Of a DNA stretch of 54,411 nucleotides, positions 1 through 9,160 are shown piece by piece. The position numbers and the translations under genes are program-made. Within the stretch, counting starts at the first letter, position 1; the number at the start of each line of letters is the position of its first letter. The stretch covers positions 1 to 54,411 of IMG/VR virus record IMGVR_UViG_3300032329_000297; one strand, written 5' to 3'. Below the pieces are notes generated by a model, which made no database searches, was not told the origin of the DNA, and worked only from the letters and a program-made list of their open reading frames with translations. The stretch is from a virus (lineage: Duplodnaviria; Caudoviricetes).

Positions 1-101
1 GACGGCAAACGGGACGATGATTCTTAAAGGAGGGTCATCGTCTGCGACCGGCGTTGGAGTTACTTTCCCCGCAACACAATCGTCATCGTCTGACGTCAAT
101 A
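1..101. repeat. Terminal direct repeat (circular assembly overlap), identical to 54311-54411
   Basis: Exact 101-nt match between the two ends; an ORF reads through the junction in frame. Confidence 0.97.
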
Positions 102-502
102 CGCTGGATGATTACGAAGAAGGTACTTGGACGCCAAGCATTGGCGGGACTGCAACTTATAACTCTCGATGGGGGTCATACACCAAAGTCGGAAGGATTG
201 TCACTTGTCAATTTTGGGTTAGCGTAAATGCGATTGGAACAGGATCTGCAACCACAATTACTGGGTTGCCGTTTACAATAAACAACCCAACTTATGCAAA
301 TGACACAAGTGGTGGACCAGTTACTTATTTTGCAAGTTCTGTAACATCTGTTTATACGTTAAATATTAGGGGGACTGCGGGGGCTGCATCTGTATTTTTC
401 TCTGGTACTACCGCAGCATCTACCACAATCAACAACTCTGTTTCGGTGTTTCAAAACTCCGCAGCTATTCAAGCGTCAATTATTTACGAAACCGCAACTT
501 AA
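1..502 (+). CDS. Tail fibre/receptor-binding protein, 3' part (C-terminal domain of the 53709 ORF)
   Basis: NTLDDYEEGTWTP...GSYTKVGRIV motif typical of fibre C-terminal domains. Confidence 0.85.
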   Translation, partial: TANGTMILKGGSSSATGVGVTFPATQSSSSDVNTLDDYEEGTWTPSIGGTATYNSRWGSYTKVGRIVTCQFWVSVNAIGTGSATTITGLPFTINNPTYANDTSGGPVTYFASSVTSVYTLNIRGTAGAASVFFSGTTAASTTINNSVSVFQNSAAIQASIIYETAT

Positions 503-540
503 CTACACCGGATTAGTGTAGTCAGACACAAGGATTTATT

Positions 541-771
541 ATGCTTACGAAAGAAGTTAAGGTCGATCAAGTCACCGTCACGGAAAACGGCATTGTGTTA
601 TTCCGTGAGGCTACGCGCATCCTTGAGGATGGCGTGGAATTGTCCAAGACCTACCACCGTTCAAGCCTGACTCCCGGTCAAGACATCAGCGCAGTACCTG
701 CAAACGTGCAAGCAATTTGCAATGTTGCGTGGACTCCTGAAGTTGTTGCGGCGTACCAAGCACAGGCATAA
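541..771 (+). CDS. Small conserved fibre-associated protein (putative chaperone)
   Basis: RBS AAGGA; follows the fibre gene; YHR...P and VAWTPEVV motifs. Confidence 0.7.
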   Translation: MLTKEVKVDQVTVTENGIVLFREATRILEDGVELSKTYHRSSLTPGQDISAVPANVQAICNVAWTPEVVAAYQAQA

Positions 772-774
772 ATA

Positions 775-1089
775 ATGGCTGCTGTAATTTTATCCGGTGA
801 TACCTCCGGGACGGTATCGTTAGGTGCGCCGGCAATAGCGGGGACGCAAGCGTATACCCTGCCAACCGGATACCCAGCGACTAGCGGCTACGCGCTGACC
901 AGCACGACTGGCGGGGTGATGAGTTGGGCTGCCTCTGGTGGCAATCCGATTCTTGAATCGCAAATTGTTATCAGCCAGAACTATTCGCTGAGTAGCAACA
1001 CAAACGGGTTTAGTGTTGGGCCGGTGTCAGTGGCGACCGGATTCGCAGTAACTGTCGGTACGGGCCAGACTTGGCTTGTTTCTCAATAA
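775..1089 (+). CDS. Short fibre-module protein
   Basis: N-half resembles the 53709 ORF; C-half resembles the C-terminus of the 51999 ORF. Confidence 0.7.
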   Translation: MAAVILSGDTSGTVSLGAPAIAGTQAYTLPTGYPATSGYALTSTTGGVMSWAASGGNPILESQIVISQNYSLSSNTNGFSVGPVSVATGFAVTVGTGQTWLVSQ

Positions 1090-1099
1090 GGATTTAGAG

Positions 1100-1528
1100 A
1101 TGAGTTCAATCAAACTTCAGGGCAATGCCAGCAACACTGGCATCTCGGTTTTGCAGTCGGCCAATACCGCAAGCACGCTTACCCAGACGCTGCCATCTAC
1201 TGATGCGGTAACGCTTGGCTACCTCAACGCTCCACCGGTTGGGACCAAGACGGCCAGCTACACTCTAGCGGTTGGCGACGTTGGCAAGTACGTCCAACTT
1301 GGAACGTCCGGTGCGATTGTGATTCCAACGTCTACGTTTAGCGACGGTGACTTGATCACGATCTACAACAACACCTCGTCAACGGCGACAATTACTTGTT
1401 CTGCGCCAACGGCTTACATTGCTGGGTCAAATACAACCGTAACGTCGGCCACGCTTGCGATTCGCGGTGTTTGCACGGTTCTGTTTAGTTCTGCCACCAC
1501 TTGCGTCTTGACGGGCAACGTGTCATGA
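1100..1528 (+). CDS. Virion fibre-associated protein
   Basis: ATG 1100 after AAGGA; T/S-rich beta-type sequence. Confidence 0.65.
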   Translation: MSSIKLQGNASNTGISVLQSANTASTLTQTLPSTDAVTLGYLNAPPVGTKTASYTLAVGDVGKYVQLGTSGAIVIPTSTFSDGDLITIYNNTSSTATITCSAPTAYIAGSNTTVTSATLAIRGVCTVLFSSATTCVLTGNVS

Positions 1529-2433
1529 GTGGGATTATGTTGGCTGTGTTGGGTGGAAAGGGCGCTTTGCCTGTACCAACATCTATTCAATATCTTGTTG
1601 TTGCTGGCGGCGCAGCGGGTGGAAGTAGTATTGGCGGCGGCGGTGGCGCAGGTGGTCTTAAAACCGCCTCTGGTTATTCTGTTGTAACTTCAACTTCTTA
1701 CACAGTCACAGTTGGCGGCGGTGGGTCTGGAGTAACTAGCAACGTAGGAAATGCAGGAAGTGTTTCAAGTTGGAACACTAGTGCCGTTGGAAGCGGAGCA
1801 AAAATTGAATGCCTTGGTGGTACCGGAGGTGGTAATTACACCGGAACATCTGGTGTTGCCGGTGGTTCTAGGGGTGGTTCTGGAGGCGGTGGCGGCGCAT
1901 CAGAAAATGGAACTGCCGCAAGTGGTGGAACTGGAACATCTGGACAAGGTAACAATGGCGGTAATGGCGCTGGAAACCTTAGCGCTGGATATGAAGCAGG
2001 AGGCGGTGGAGGTTCTGGAGGGGCTGGCGGCAATGCCGTATCAAGCGTGTCTGCGGGCGCTGGTGGAGCCGGAACTTCATCGTCAATAAGTGGATCTTCT
2101 TTGTTTTATGCAGGCGGTGGTGGTGGAGCCTCTAATAACGGTGGAGTTGCTGGCGCTGGTGGATCAAGTGTAGGAGGTGCGGGTGGCGCAGGAGCAGGAT
2201 CAACCGGAGGTACTGGAACCACTACTGGAGGAACTGGGTCTGCAAACACCGGAAGCGGTGGCGGTGGCGGTGGATTTAGTGGAACTGCTGGATCTGGAGC
2301 GACTGGAATTGTGATCATTTCTTATCCATCTACGTTTGCTGCTGCGGCGTCAACGACCGGATCTCCAACAATTACTGTTTCTGGAGGAAATCGTATTTAC
2401 TCTTGGACCGGGAACGGTTCAATTACTTGGTGA
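1525..2433 (+). CDS. Glycine-rich tail fibre/spike protein
   Basis: YLVVAGG.GG...GGGGAGG and GSGATGIVIISY motifs; ATG 1525 overlaps the previous stop. Confidence 0.8.
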   Translation: MSGIMLAVLGGKGALPVPTSIQYLVVAGGAAGGSSIGGGGGAGGLKTASGYSVVTSTSYTVTVGGGGSGVTSNVGNAGSVSSWNTSAVGSGAKIECLGGTGGGNYTGTSGVAGGSRGGSGGGGGASENGTAASGGTGTSGQGNNGGNGAGNLSAGYEAGGGGGSGGAGGNAVSSVSAGAGGAGTSSSISGSSLFYAGGGGGASNNGGVAGAGGSSVGGAGGAGAGSTGGTGTTTGGTGSANTGSGGGGGGFSGTAGSGATGIVIISYPSTFAAAASTTGSPTITVSGGNRIYSWTGNGSITW

Positions 2434-2438
2434 AAGAA

Positions 2439-2804
2439 ATGGCCCATTTCGCTAAACTCGATGAAAACAATGTTGTAATTCAGGTGAATTCCGTTCACAA
2501 CAATGAACTGCTGCAAGATGGCGTTGAAAGTGAAACAAAAGGAATTCAGTTTCTTATTGACTGGTCTGGTGGGTACACCAATTGGAAACAGACCAGTTAC
2601 AACGGCAATTTTCGCAAGAATTACGCTGGCATAGGGTTTACTTACGACTCAACCCGTGATGCTTTTATAGAACCACAGCCGTTTCCGTCTTGGGTTCTCA
2701 ACGAAGATACTTGCAGGTGGGATGCTCCAACGCCAATGCCCACTGATGATCAACCGTATCGGTGGGACGAACCAACAACCTCTTGGGTGGTGATCAATGG
2801 ATAA
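2439..2804 (+). CDS. Conserved partner of glycine-rich fibres (MAHFA...FRKNYAGIG family)
   Basis: Characteristic WKQTSYN-FRKNYAGIG-YD-DAFI-P-PFPSW motif. Confidence 0.75.
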   Translation: MAHFAKLDENNVVIQVNSVHNNELLQDGVESETKGIQFLIDWSGGYTNWKQTSYNGNFRKNYAGIGFTYDSTRDAFIEPQPFPSWVLNEDTCRWDAPTPMPTDDQPYRWDEPTTSWVVING

Positions 2805-2937
2805 GGCAAACCTATCAATCAATCTGCTCAACGCCATCCTGCAGTATCTTGGCCAACGCCCTTACGTTGAGGTTGTTGGTTTGATCAAGGCGATTGAGAA
2901 AGAAGCCCAAGCCCAACCGGAGCCCGAGAATGGCTGA
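2797..2937 (+). CDS. Hypothetical 46-aa protein (LQYLGQRPYVEV family)
   Basis: Translated by hand; overlaps both neighbours. Confidence 0.6.
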   Translation: MDKANLSINLLNAILQYLGQRPYVEVVGLIKAIEKEAQAQPEPENG

Positions 2938-3103
2938 AAAATGGATTCAGAAGGCCGTGAAGCACCCCGGAGCACTCCGGGAGTCCCTTCATGTACCAAT
3001 GGGTAAGAACATCCCAGCCAAGGCCCTGAACAAGGCTGCCAAGGCACCCGGCAAACTTGGCCAACGTGCGCGGTTTGCCAAGACCCTGCGAGGCTTTGAT
3101 TGA
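2930..3103 (+). CDS. Small basic conserved phage protein (MAEKWIQKAVKHPGAL...)
   Basis: ATG 2930; K/R-rich, 57 aa. Confidence 0.7.
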   Translation: MAEKWIQKAVKHPGALRESLHVPMGKNIPAKALNKAAKAPGKLGQRARFAKTLRGFD

Positions 3104-3104
3104 G

Positions 3105-3320
3105 ATGGCCGACGTTCACGAATTGGCCTCAGAGACAGACAAGCGATTGAGTGTTCATGAGGCGGTATGCGCAAGCCGTTACGAAAACATTCAAAAACGG
3201 TTTGACGATGGTTCCAAGCGCATGGCAAGGATTGAGCACACCTTGTATGTGGTGATCGCTGCGGTGCTGTTTGGCCCCGGCGTAGCGGCTGAGTTTGTCA
3301 AAAAGATGTTTGGGCTATGA
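3105..3320 (+). CDS. Coiled-coil protein with C-terminal TM helix (XhlA/holin-like)
   Basis: HEAVCASRY motif, hydrophobic C-terminus, lysis region. Confidence 0.6.
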   Translation: MADVHELASETDKRLSVHEAVCASRYENIQKRFDDGSKRMARIEHTLYVVIAAVLFGPGVAAEFVKKMFGL

Positions 3321-3628
3321 CTGAAAAATTGGAGGCCAAGTCGCAGTTGATCGAGAAGACTGCGTTTGCGGTGCTTCCAATTTTGTTCACTTGTGTCGTC
3401 TATCTAATGTCGTCATTGGATAAACTTAGCCACGACGTGACTGTGCTTAATGCCAAGATCAGTTTGGTGGTCACTTCAGACAACAAACAGGCAGCAAATT
3501 CAGGGGCAGAACTTGCGCGGGAAAAGTTGCGGCAGGATATGGAAAAAGAAATCCAGCACAACCGCGACATGATTCATGAAAACCAAAGGCACATCAGCAT
3601 TATTGAAGACCGCATGGCGAGGAAGTGA
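3317..3628 (+). CDS. Membrane-anchored coiled-coil protein, lysis region
   Basis: N-terminal TM helix followed by coiled coil. Confidence 0.6.
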   Translation: MTEKLEAKSQLIEKTAFAVLPILFTCVVYLMSSLDKLSHDVTVLNAKISLVVTSDNKQAANSGAELAREKLRQDMEKEIQHNRDMIHENQRHISIIEDRMARK

Positions 3629-3789
3629 TGGATGTCATTGATCATTTGCTTCGTTTTTGGCCGGTCTTTGCTGGGATGATTACTGTTGTGATTGTTCTTG
3701 CGCAGCACCATCAGCGTACTGCCGTACTGGAAGAAAAGGTCAAAATGCTCTTTGACTTGTACAACAAGATGAAAGACAAGAATGGCTGA
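3628..3789 (+). CDS. Small single-TM protein (53 aa)
   Basis: Translated by hand: MDVIDHLLRFWPVFAGMITVVIVLAQ...LEEKVK; coupled to both neighbours. Confidence 0.6.
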   Translation: MDVIDHLLRFWPVFAGMITVVIVLAQHHQRTAVLEEKVKMLFDLYNKMKDKNG

Positions 3790-4294
3790 CTTCAATCCCG
3801 CGTTTGAAAAGATGATCCACGATGAAGGTGGGTTCCAACTGACCAACATACCGGGCGACCGGGGAGGACAGACATATGCCGGAATCGCAAGAAACGCAAA
3901 CCCCAACTGGGCTGGCTGGGCTTTGGTTGACCGTCAAGAAATGGGCGGATCACTTACATCTATGGTTCGGGAGTTTTATCGCCTCAATTATTGGGACCGC
4001 ATTAGGGGCAATGAGATCGCTGACCAGCAAATTGCGGAAACCATCTTCAACTTCGGGGTCAACGCCGGAATAGGGTTGGCCATCAAACTGGCTCAGGTTG
4101 TTGCAGGAGCGGTCCCAGATGGCGGCATGGGACCAAAGACGATTGAGTTACTCAATCGCAGCACGGCGAAGGGTTTCATAGCCTCCTACGCCCTTGCCAA
4201 GATCACCCGGTACGCAGAGATCTGCAACCGAAACAGGGACCAATCCAAGTTTTTGCTGGGTTGGATTAACCGCACCCTGAAAGGACTTGCGTAA
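3782..4294 (+). CDS. Endolysin, glycoside hydrolase family 108 with peptidoglycan-binding C-terminus
   Basis: EGG...DRGGQTYAGI catalytic motif; FLLGWINR C-terminus. Confidence 0.92.
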   Translation: MADFNPAFEKMIHDEGGFQLTNIPGDRGGQTYAGIARNANPNWAGWALVDRQEMGGSLTSMVREFYRLNYWDRIRGNEIADQQIAETIFNFGVNAGIGLAIKLAQVVAGAVPDGGMGPKTIELLNRSTAKGFIASYALAKITRYAEICNRNRDQSKFLLGWINRTLKGLA

Positions 4295-4731
4295 TGGACC
4301 TGATTGGCATTGGGAGCATCATTGAAGGTGTTGGCAAGATCGCCGGTGATTTGGTCACGACGGACAAGGAAAGGCTCCAGATGGATCTGGAGAACCGGAA
4401 ACTGGACTTGGAAGAGAAGAAGATCGACCAAGCCACCGACCTTGCTCAAGTTGAGATCAACAAGATTGAAGCCGGTTCATCTAGCTTATTTGTCGCTGGT
4501 TGGCGTCCTGCTGTGGGTTGGGTTGGGGTTTTGGGTTTGGCTTACCAATTTCTTGGCTACCCTTTGATGCAATGGCTGTGGTCTTTTCTGCAGGGCGTCG
4601 ATATAATTCCCAAAGGGCTCCAGCCGCCACCTGACCTGCAGACTGATCAATTGATGGTTTTGCTCTCGGGTCTTCTTGGCTTTGGCGGCATGAGAAGTTT
4701 TGAGAAGCACAAAGGGGTCGCAGCAAAATGA
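4294..4731 (+). CDS. Holin (3TM, GTA-release type)
   Basis: SLFVAGWRPAVGW and LLGFGGMRSFEK motifs. Confidence 0.88.
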   Translation: MDLIGIGSIIEGVGKIAGDLVTTDKERLQMDLENRKLDLEEKKIDQATDLAQVEINKIEAGSSSLFVAGWRPAVGWVGVLGLAYQFLGYPLMQWLWSFLQGVDIIPKGLQPPPDLQTDQLMVLLSGLLGFGGMRSFEKHKGVAAK

Positions 4732-5363
4732 CAGTTGCTAGCGTTATGACGTATTCGTCACTGGTTGACGACATTGCGACCTACCTTGAGCGCAACGACA
4801 CGGCCACTCTGGACAAGATTCCGCAGTTCATCATGTTTGCGGAACAGGTAATTGCGTCGGAGATTAAATTCCTTGGAAACCTGACGGTGGCCAACGGGAC
4901 TATGACGGCCAACAATCCAATTCTGGACAAGCCTGCACGGTGGCGTAAGACCGTATCGTTCAACGTCACCACAGGCGGGGAGCGGATCCCGGTGTTCTTG
5001 CGTAAGTACGAGTACGTCCGGGAATATTGGCCAGATGACACCAAGACCGGTGTGCCTGCGTTTTACTGCGACTACGACTACACCCACTGGCTGGTGGCTC
5101 CTACCCCTGCGACCAACTACTCGTTTCAGGTTCTGTACTACGAGCGCAACCAGCCGTTGGATTCAACCAATCAGTCCAACTGGTTTACGCAGTACGCGCC
5201 TCAAGCGTTGCTTTACGGAAGCCTGCTGCAAGCCATGCCGTTCCTCAAGAACGACGAGAGAATCCCGGTGTGGCAGTCGATGTACGACAAGTCGATCGCC
5301 CTACTCAAGGAAGAGGATCTGACGCGGGTTGGTGACCGTCAAACCTTGGTGAAAGACTCATGA
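4728..5363 (+). CDS. Head-tail adaptor protein
   Basis: MTYSSL...IPQFIMFAE...P+LLYGSLLQA.PFLK pattern; position. Confidence 0.7.
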   Translation: MTVASVMTYSSLVDDIATYLERNDTATLDKIPQFIMFAEQVIASEIKFLGNLTVANGTMTANNPILDKPARWRKTVSFNVTTGGERIPVFLRKYEYVREYWPDDTKTGVPAFYCDYDYTHWLVAPTPATNYSFQVLYYERNQPLDSTNQSNWFTQYAPQALLYGSLLQAMPFLKNDERIPVWQSMYDKSIALLKEEDLTRVGDRQTLVKDS

Positions 5364-6667
5364 GTTACAACAGCCCATTTACGGGTAACGTCATCCAGCC
5401 AACGGATGTTGCTTACGCATCCTATGCGCTAACGTCAACGACCGGTTCGCTTCAACTCCAGTGGCCGCTCAACGGTAACGACACTGCGTATGTTGCCGCG
5501 AGGGTGATGCAGGTTAGCACAACCAGCACGGCCTATGAGTTGTGGATGCCGCCTGCTGATCAGGTGTCTGTGGGTCAGGATGCACTGATCTACAACACCG
5601 GCACAGTCAAACTCAACATCAAGAGTTACGGCGGCCTGACGTCAATTTGTACGGTTGACACAAGTAGTTCCGGTAACGGTTCGGCGCAGTACATCTTCAT
5701 CACTGCAAACGCCAACAACTCAGGGACGTGGGGCGTCATAGCGTTTGGGTCATCAACGACTGCCGCGAGCGCTGTGTCGCTTGCCGGCGCCGGTCTGACG
5801 CCAATCTCAACGACTTTGAATGCTGCTTACCCTGCGGCTGCGATCTCCACCGGCATTACGTTCAGTTCTGCCGATCGTGCGGTTGCAAATTTTTGGGCCG
5901 GTGGTAGTGGGTCGGCGACTCTGCCTTCGGCTGCTTCTCTAGGCAACAACTGGTTCATGCTGTTCCGCAACAACGGGACAGGAACGTACACGATCAACTG
6001 TACGGGTTCTGACCAGATTGACGGGGCATCAAACAAACAATTCAATCCGGATGAATCGGCAATCATTGTCTGTTCAGGAACCCGGTTCTTTACGGTTGGG
6101 TACGGGCAGTCAAGTTCGTTCTTTTTCAATATTCTTGTCAAGACGGTCACGGCCGGGGCTTATTCACTCACGTCTTCGCAGTGCGCGAACATCATTCAAG
6201 AGTTTGTTAGCCCATCCGGTGGGTTGACGGGAAACGTCACCGTCACTTATCCGCCAATCGTCAACCTGTACGTCATCAGTAACCAGACGACGCCTAATGG
6301 CTACACGCTAACGGTTACGACTGGAATCACTGGTGGAGCGACTGCAACAATTCCGGCAAACGCTCAGGCCACTTTGGTTTGCGACGGAACAAACTTCTTC
6401 AACGCAAACACCGTACAGTCTGGCGGTACAACGTTTAGCATCGTTGACGGCACGGTAAGCGGACCAGCAATCTACTTCGGCAGCGAACCGACCACAGGTA
6501 TTTATCATCCGGGGTCGGGTGAATTTGGGGTCTCTGTGCTTGGTGTGAAACGCCTTGATGTGACGACCACCGGGATTGCCGTGACGGGCACTGGAGCGTT
6601 CTCAGGGGCTGTTTCAGGCACTACTGGAACGTTCACCTCTGGCGTCTCTGGCGGCACGTTCCCATGA
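5360..6667 (+). CDS. Tail/fibre-attachment structural protein
   Basis: Long T/S/G-rich ORF ending in SGGTFP. Confidence 0.65.
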   Translation: MSYNSPFTGNVIQPTDVAYASYALTSTTGSLQLQWPLNGNDTAYVAARVMQVSTTSTAYELWMPPADQVSVGQDALIYNTGTVKLNIKSYGGLTSICTVDTSSSGNGSAQYIFITANANNSGTWGVIAFGSSTTAASAVSLAGAGLTPISTTLNAAYPAAAISTGITFSSADRAVANFWAGGSGSATLPSAASLGNNWFMLFRNNGTGTYTINCTGSDQIDGASNKQFNPDESAIIVCSGTRFFTVGYGQSSSFFFNILVKTVTAGAYSLTSSQCANIIQEFVSPSGGLTGNVTVTYPPIVNLYVISNQTTPNGYTLTVTTGITGGATATIPANAQATLVCDGTNFFNANTVQSGGTTFSIVDGTVSGPAIYFGSEPTTGIYHPGSGEFGVSVLGVKRLDVTTTGIAVTGTGAFSGAVSGTTGTFTSGVSGGTFP

Positions 6668-8667
6668 CCGCAAAGGTCTTTTCGTTAGATACCAAGGCCG
6701 GTATACAGAGGGACGGTACGGTATTTGACATGAACTTCTACACCGCTGGGAAATGGGTTCGTTTCCAGCGCGGCCGTCCTCGGAAGATCCTCGGGTATTC
6801 GGTGATCTCGGCTCAAGTTCTTGGCCCTTCCAGAGGCGTTTGGGTTAATCCAAACAACGGGTACAACCAAGTCTATTCTGGTTACGCCAGCGGCCTGCAA
6901 GAATTGAGTATCAACAACGCCGGAGTGGGCGCCGGGGTGGTTGACATTACCCTGAACAACTTTACGGCAAGTTCCGCAAACCTTTGGCAGTTTGACGGGT
7001 TCTATGACGTTGGCGGATCTGGGGTTGGATCTATTTTGGCGCATCCCGGCCAGAACCTTGCGCAGATTGATTCAACGGTCAATACGCCGGTATTGATTGG
7101 AGACATCAACGGCACGACGCTTTCCCAGATTGGGACTTTTCAGAATACCGGCTCCTATCTCAACGGAACGACCTCGGTAACAATTCCGACAACCAATGCA
7201 TTGATTGGTGCGGGGCAGGTGGTTACCGGTACTGGTATTCCTTCAGGGACTACGGTTTCGTCAACCACGCTTGCCAATGGCGTTCTGACAACAGTAGCAG
7301 TAACTGGCACCGCCGGACAGTGCTCTTGTGTGAGCACCTCGGGTCTATTTGTTGGCCAGACAGTATCGGTGACCGGAACGAACACCGGGTCGGCCACGGG
7401 TATTACGTCGGGCGTAACGTACTATATCATCGCCACAAACTATTCAACGACGTTCACGCTTTCTGCGACTTCAGGTGGATCGGCAATCACGACGACGGCC
7501 GGGTCAACAACTGGTTTGATTTTTACAATCGGCAACTACCAAAAGGTAACGTTGTCGGCTGCAGCAACAACGAGTGGGATATCAACCCTGACGTTCAATA
7601 ACGGGGTCTCTGTTTCAGGCGGTGTGGTTACTCTGCACCCGTACATTTTTGTTTACGGCAACAACGGCTTGATCAAGAACTGCGCCGCCGGAAATGCTCA
7701 GGATTGGGTCTCAGTGGACGCTAACGAGACCAACGTAGCGACCAGCAAGATTGTGCAAGGGTTGCCTGTCAGGGGCGGCTCAAACGCTCCTTCTGGACTG
7801 TTTTGGAGCCTTGATAGTCTGATCCGGGTCTCCTATATTGGAGGCACTGGAACCCCGCCGCAGTATTGGCGGTATGACTTGATCAGCAGTCAGTCATCAA
7901 TTATGTCGAGCCAATCGGCAATTGAATACGACGGTGTTTACTACTGGTGCGGCGTTGACCGGTTCTTGTTGTACAACGGAACGGTCAAAGAAATTCCAAA
8001 CAATTTCAACCAGAACTACTTTTTTGACAACCTGAACTACGCCCAGCGGCAAAAGGTTTGGGTCAGCAAAGTTCCAAGGTACGGCGAGATCTGGTGGTTC
8101 TACCCCCGTGGTGATGCGACTGAATGCACGGATGCCATCATCTACAACGTGCGCGAGAACATTTGGTATGACGCGGGCGAGGCTGACGGGGCACGGCGAT
8201 CGGCAGGGTACTTCTCTCAAGTGTTTGCTCACCCGATCTGGGCCGGCTGGGATGCGTCTGATGGATACATCAAGGTGTGGCAGCACGAGATTGGGACGGA
8301 TGCAATTGACGGCAGGAACGCTTTGGCGGTGGACTCGTACTTTGAGACCAGTGACTTGGGTTGGGTTGCTGGGGGCCCTGCTGAACCCGCTATGATTGGG
8401 GAAAATCGCTGGTTGAGATTGGAGCGTGTGGAGCCTGACTTCATCCAATCTGAAGAGATGACGTTAGTGATTACCGGCCGACCGTTTGCGCAAAGCGACG
8501 ATGTTGATTCCAATCCTTATGTGTTTGGGCCAAACACTGGCAAGGTTGACATGAGGGAGCAGCGCCGGGAGATTAGATTGAAATTCAGATCTAACGTTGC
8601 AGGCGGGAATTATCAGTTAGGCAAAATTCTGTTGAGCGCAACGATCGGTGATGTGAGGCCGTACTAA
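6664..8667 (+). CDS. Tail nozzle/stabilisation protein (beta-propeller type) with inserted Thr-rich domains
   Basis: WVRF..GRP.K N-terminus; EIWWFYP...YN motif of podovirus nozzle proteins. Confidence 0.7.
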   Translation: MTAKVFSLDTKAGIQRDGTVFDMNFYTAGKWVRFQRGRPRKILGYSVISAQVLGPSRGVWVNPNNGYNQVYSGYASGLQELSINNAGVGAGVVDITLNNFTASSANLWQFDGFYDVGGSGVGSILAHPGQNLAQIDSTVNTPVLIGDINGTTLSQIGTFQNTGSYLNGTTSVTIPTTNALIGAGQVVTGTGIPSGTTVSSTTLANGVLTTVAVTGTAGQCSCVSTSGLFVGQTVSVTGTNTGSATGITSGVTYYIIATNYSTTFTLSATSGGSAITTTAGSTTGLIFTIGNYQKVTLSAAATTSGISTLTFNNGVSVSGGVVTLHPYIFVYGNNGLIKNCAAGNAQDWVSVDANETNVATSKIVQGLPVRGGSNAPSGLFWSLDSLIRVSYIGGTGTPPQYWRYDLISSQSSIMSSQSAIEYDGVYYWCGVDRFLLYNGTVKEIPNNFNQNYFFDNLNYAQRQKVWVSKVPRYGEIWWFYPRGDATECTDAIIYNVRENIWYDAGEADGARRSAGYFSQVFAHPIWAGWDASDGYIKVWQHEIGTDAIDGRNALAVDSYFETSDLGWVAGGPAEPAMIGENRWLRLERVEPDFIQSEEMTLVITGRPFAQSDDVDSNPYVFGPNTGKVDMREQRREIRLKFRSNVAGGNYQLGKILLSATIGDVRPY

Positions 8668-8915
8668 TGGCCCAACCACTGGTCTACGACCCGCGATATC
8701 ATACGTTTGAGTCTTGGGCCGCTTTGATGTGTGAGCAGTACGCTGCTCAGAACCTTGAGATTCCCAACGCAAGAACGGATTGGAAGACTTGGGGTAACGG
8801 AATCAAGGCAATTGATGTGTTCACCAACGAAGCCATTCCAAGCACAGACAGATATGACAACTGGTACGACTGGGCTGCTGCCTTGTTGGGATCGGTAAAC
8901 CCGGCGGCTGGCTAA
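8667..8915 (+). CDS. Hypothetical virion protein
   Basis: Translationally coupled ORF, W-rich. Confidence 0.6.
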   Translation: MAQPLVYDPRYHTFESWAALMCEQYAAQNLEIPNARTDWKTWGNGIKAIDVFTNEAIPSTDRYDNWYDWAAALLGSVNPAAG

Positions 8916-9160
8916 TGGAAACCAAAGAACTGATCAAGCAAACCAAGGACTTTATGAAGCAGCATCACTTGAATGCTGCGGAGATGAAACTTCTTGGCGA
9001 GTTGGCCGTTGACGCGATCGGCAACAACGAGGCTTACCAGCGGTTCCGTGAGACGGTGATTGAAGCCGGGTTCATGACCGATCAGGAACTCCCAGAAGAG
9101 AAGAATTACATGGTCCTGATGGCACTTGGGACCATGGGCGAACTGGCCGGAGAGAAGTAA
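8915..9160 (+). CDS. Hypothetical protein
   Basis: Coupled ORF. Confidence 0.6.
   Translation: METKELIKQTKDFMKQHHLNAAEMKLLGELAVDAIGNNEAYQRFRETVIEAGFMTDQELPEEKNYMVLMALGTMGELAGEK

Noticed and set aside
1-101. Biological direct terminal repeat
   Set aside because: It lies mid-gene, and an exact 101-nt overlap is typical of an assembler's circular overlap rather than real termini
502-522. ACTACAC/GTGTAGT hairpin after the fibre gene
   Set aside because: A 7-bp stem with no U-tract; too weak to assign a function
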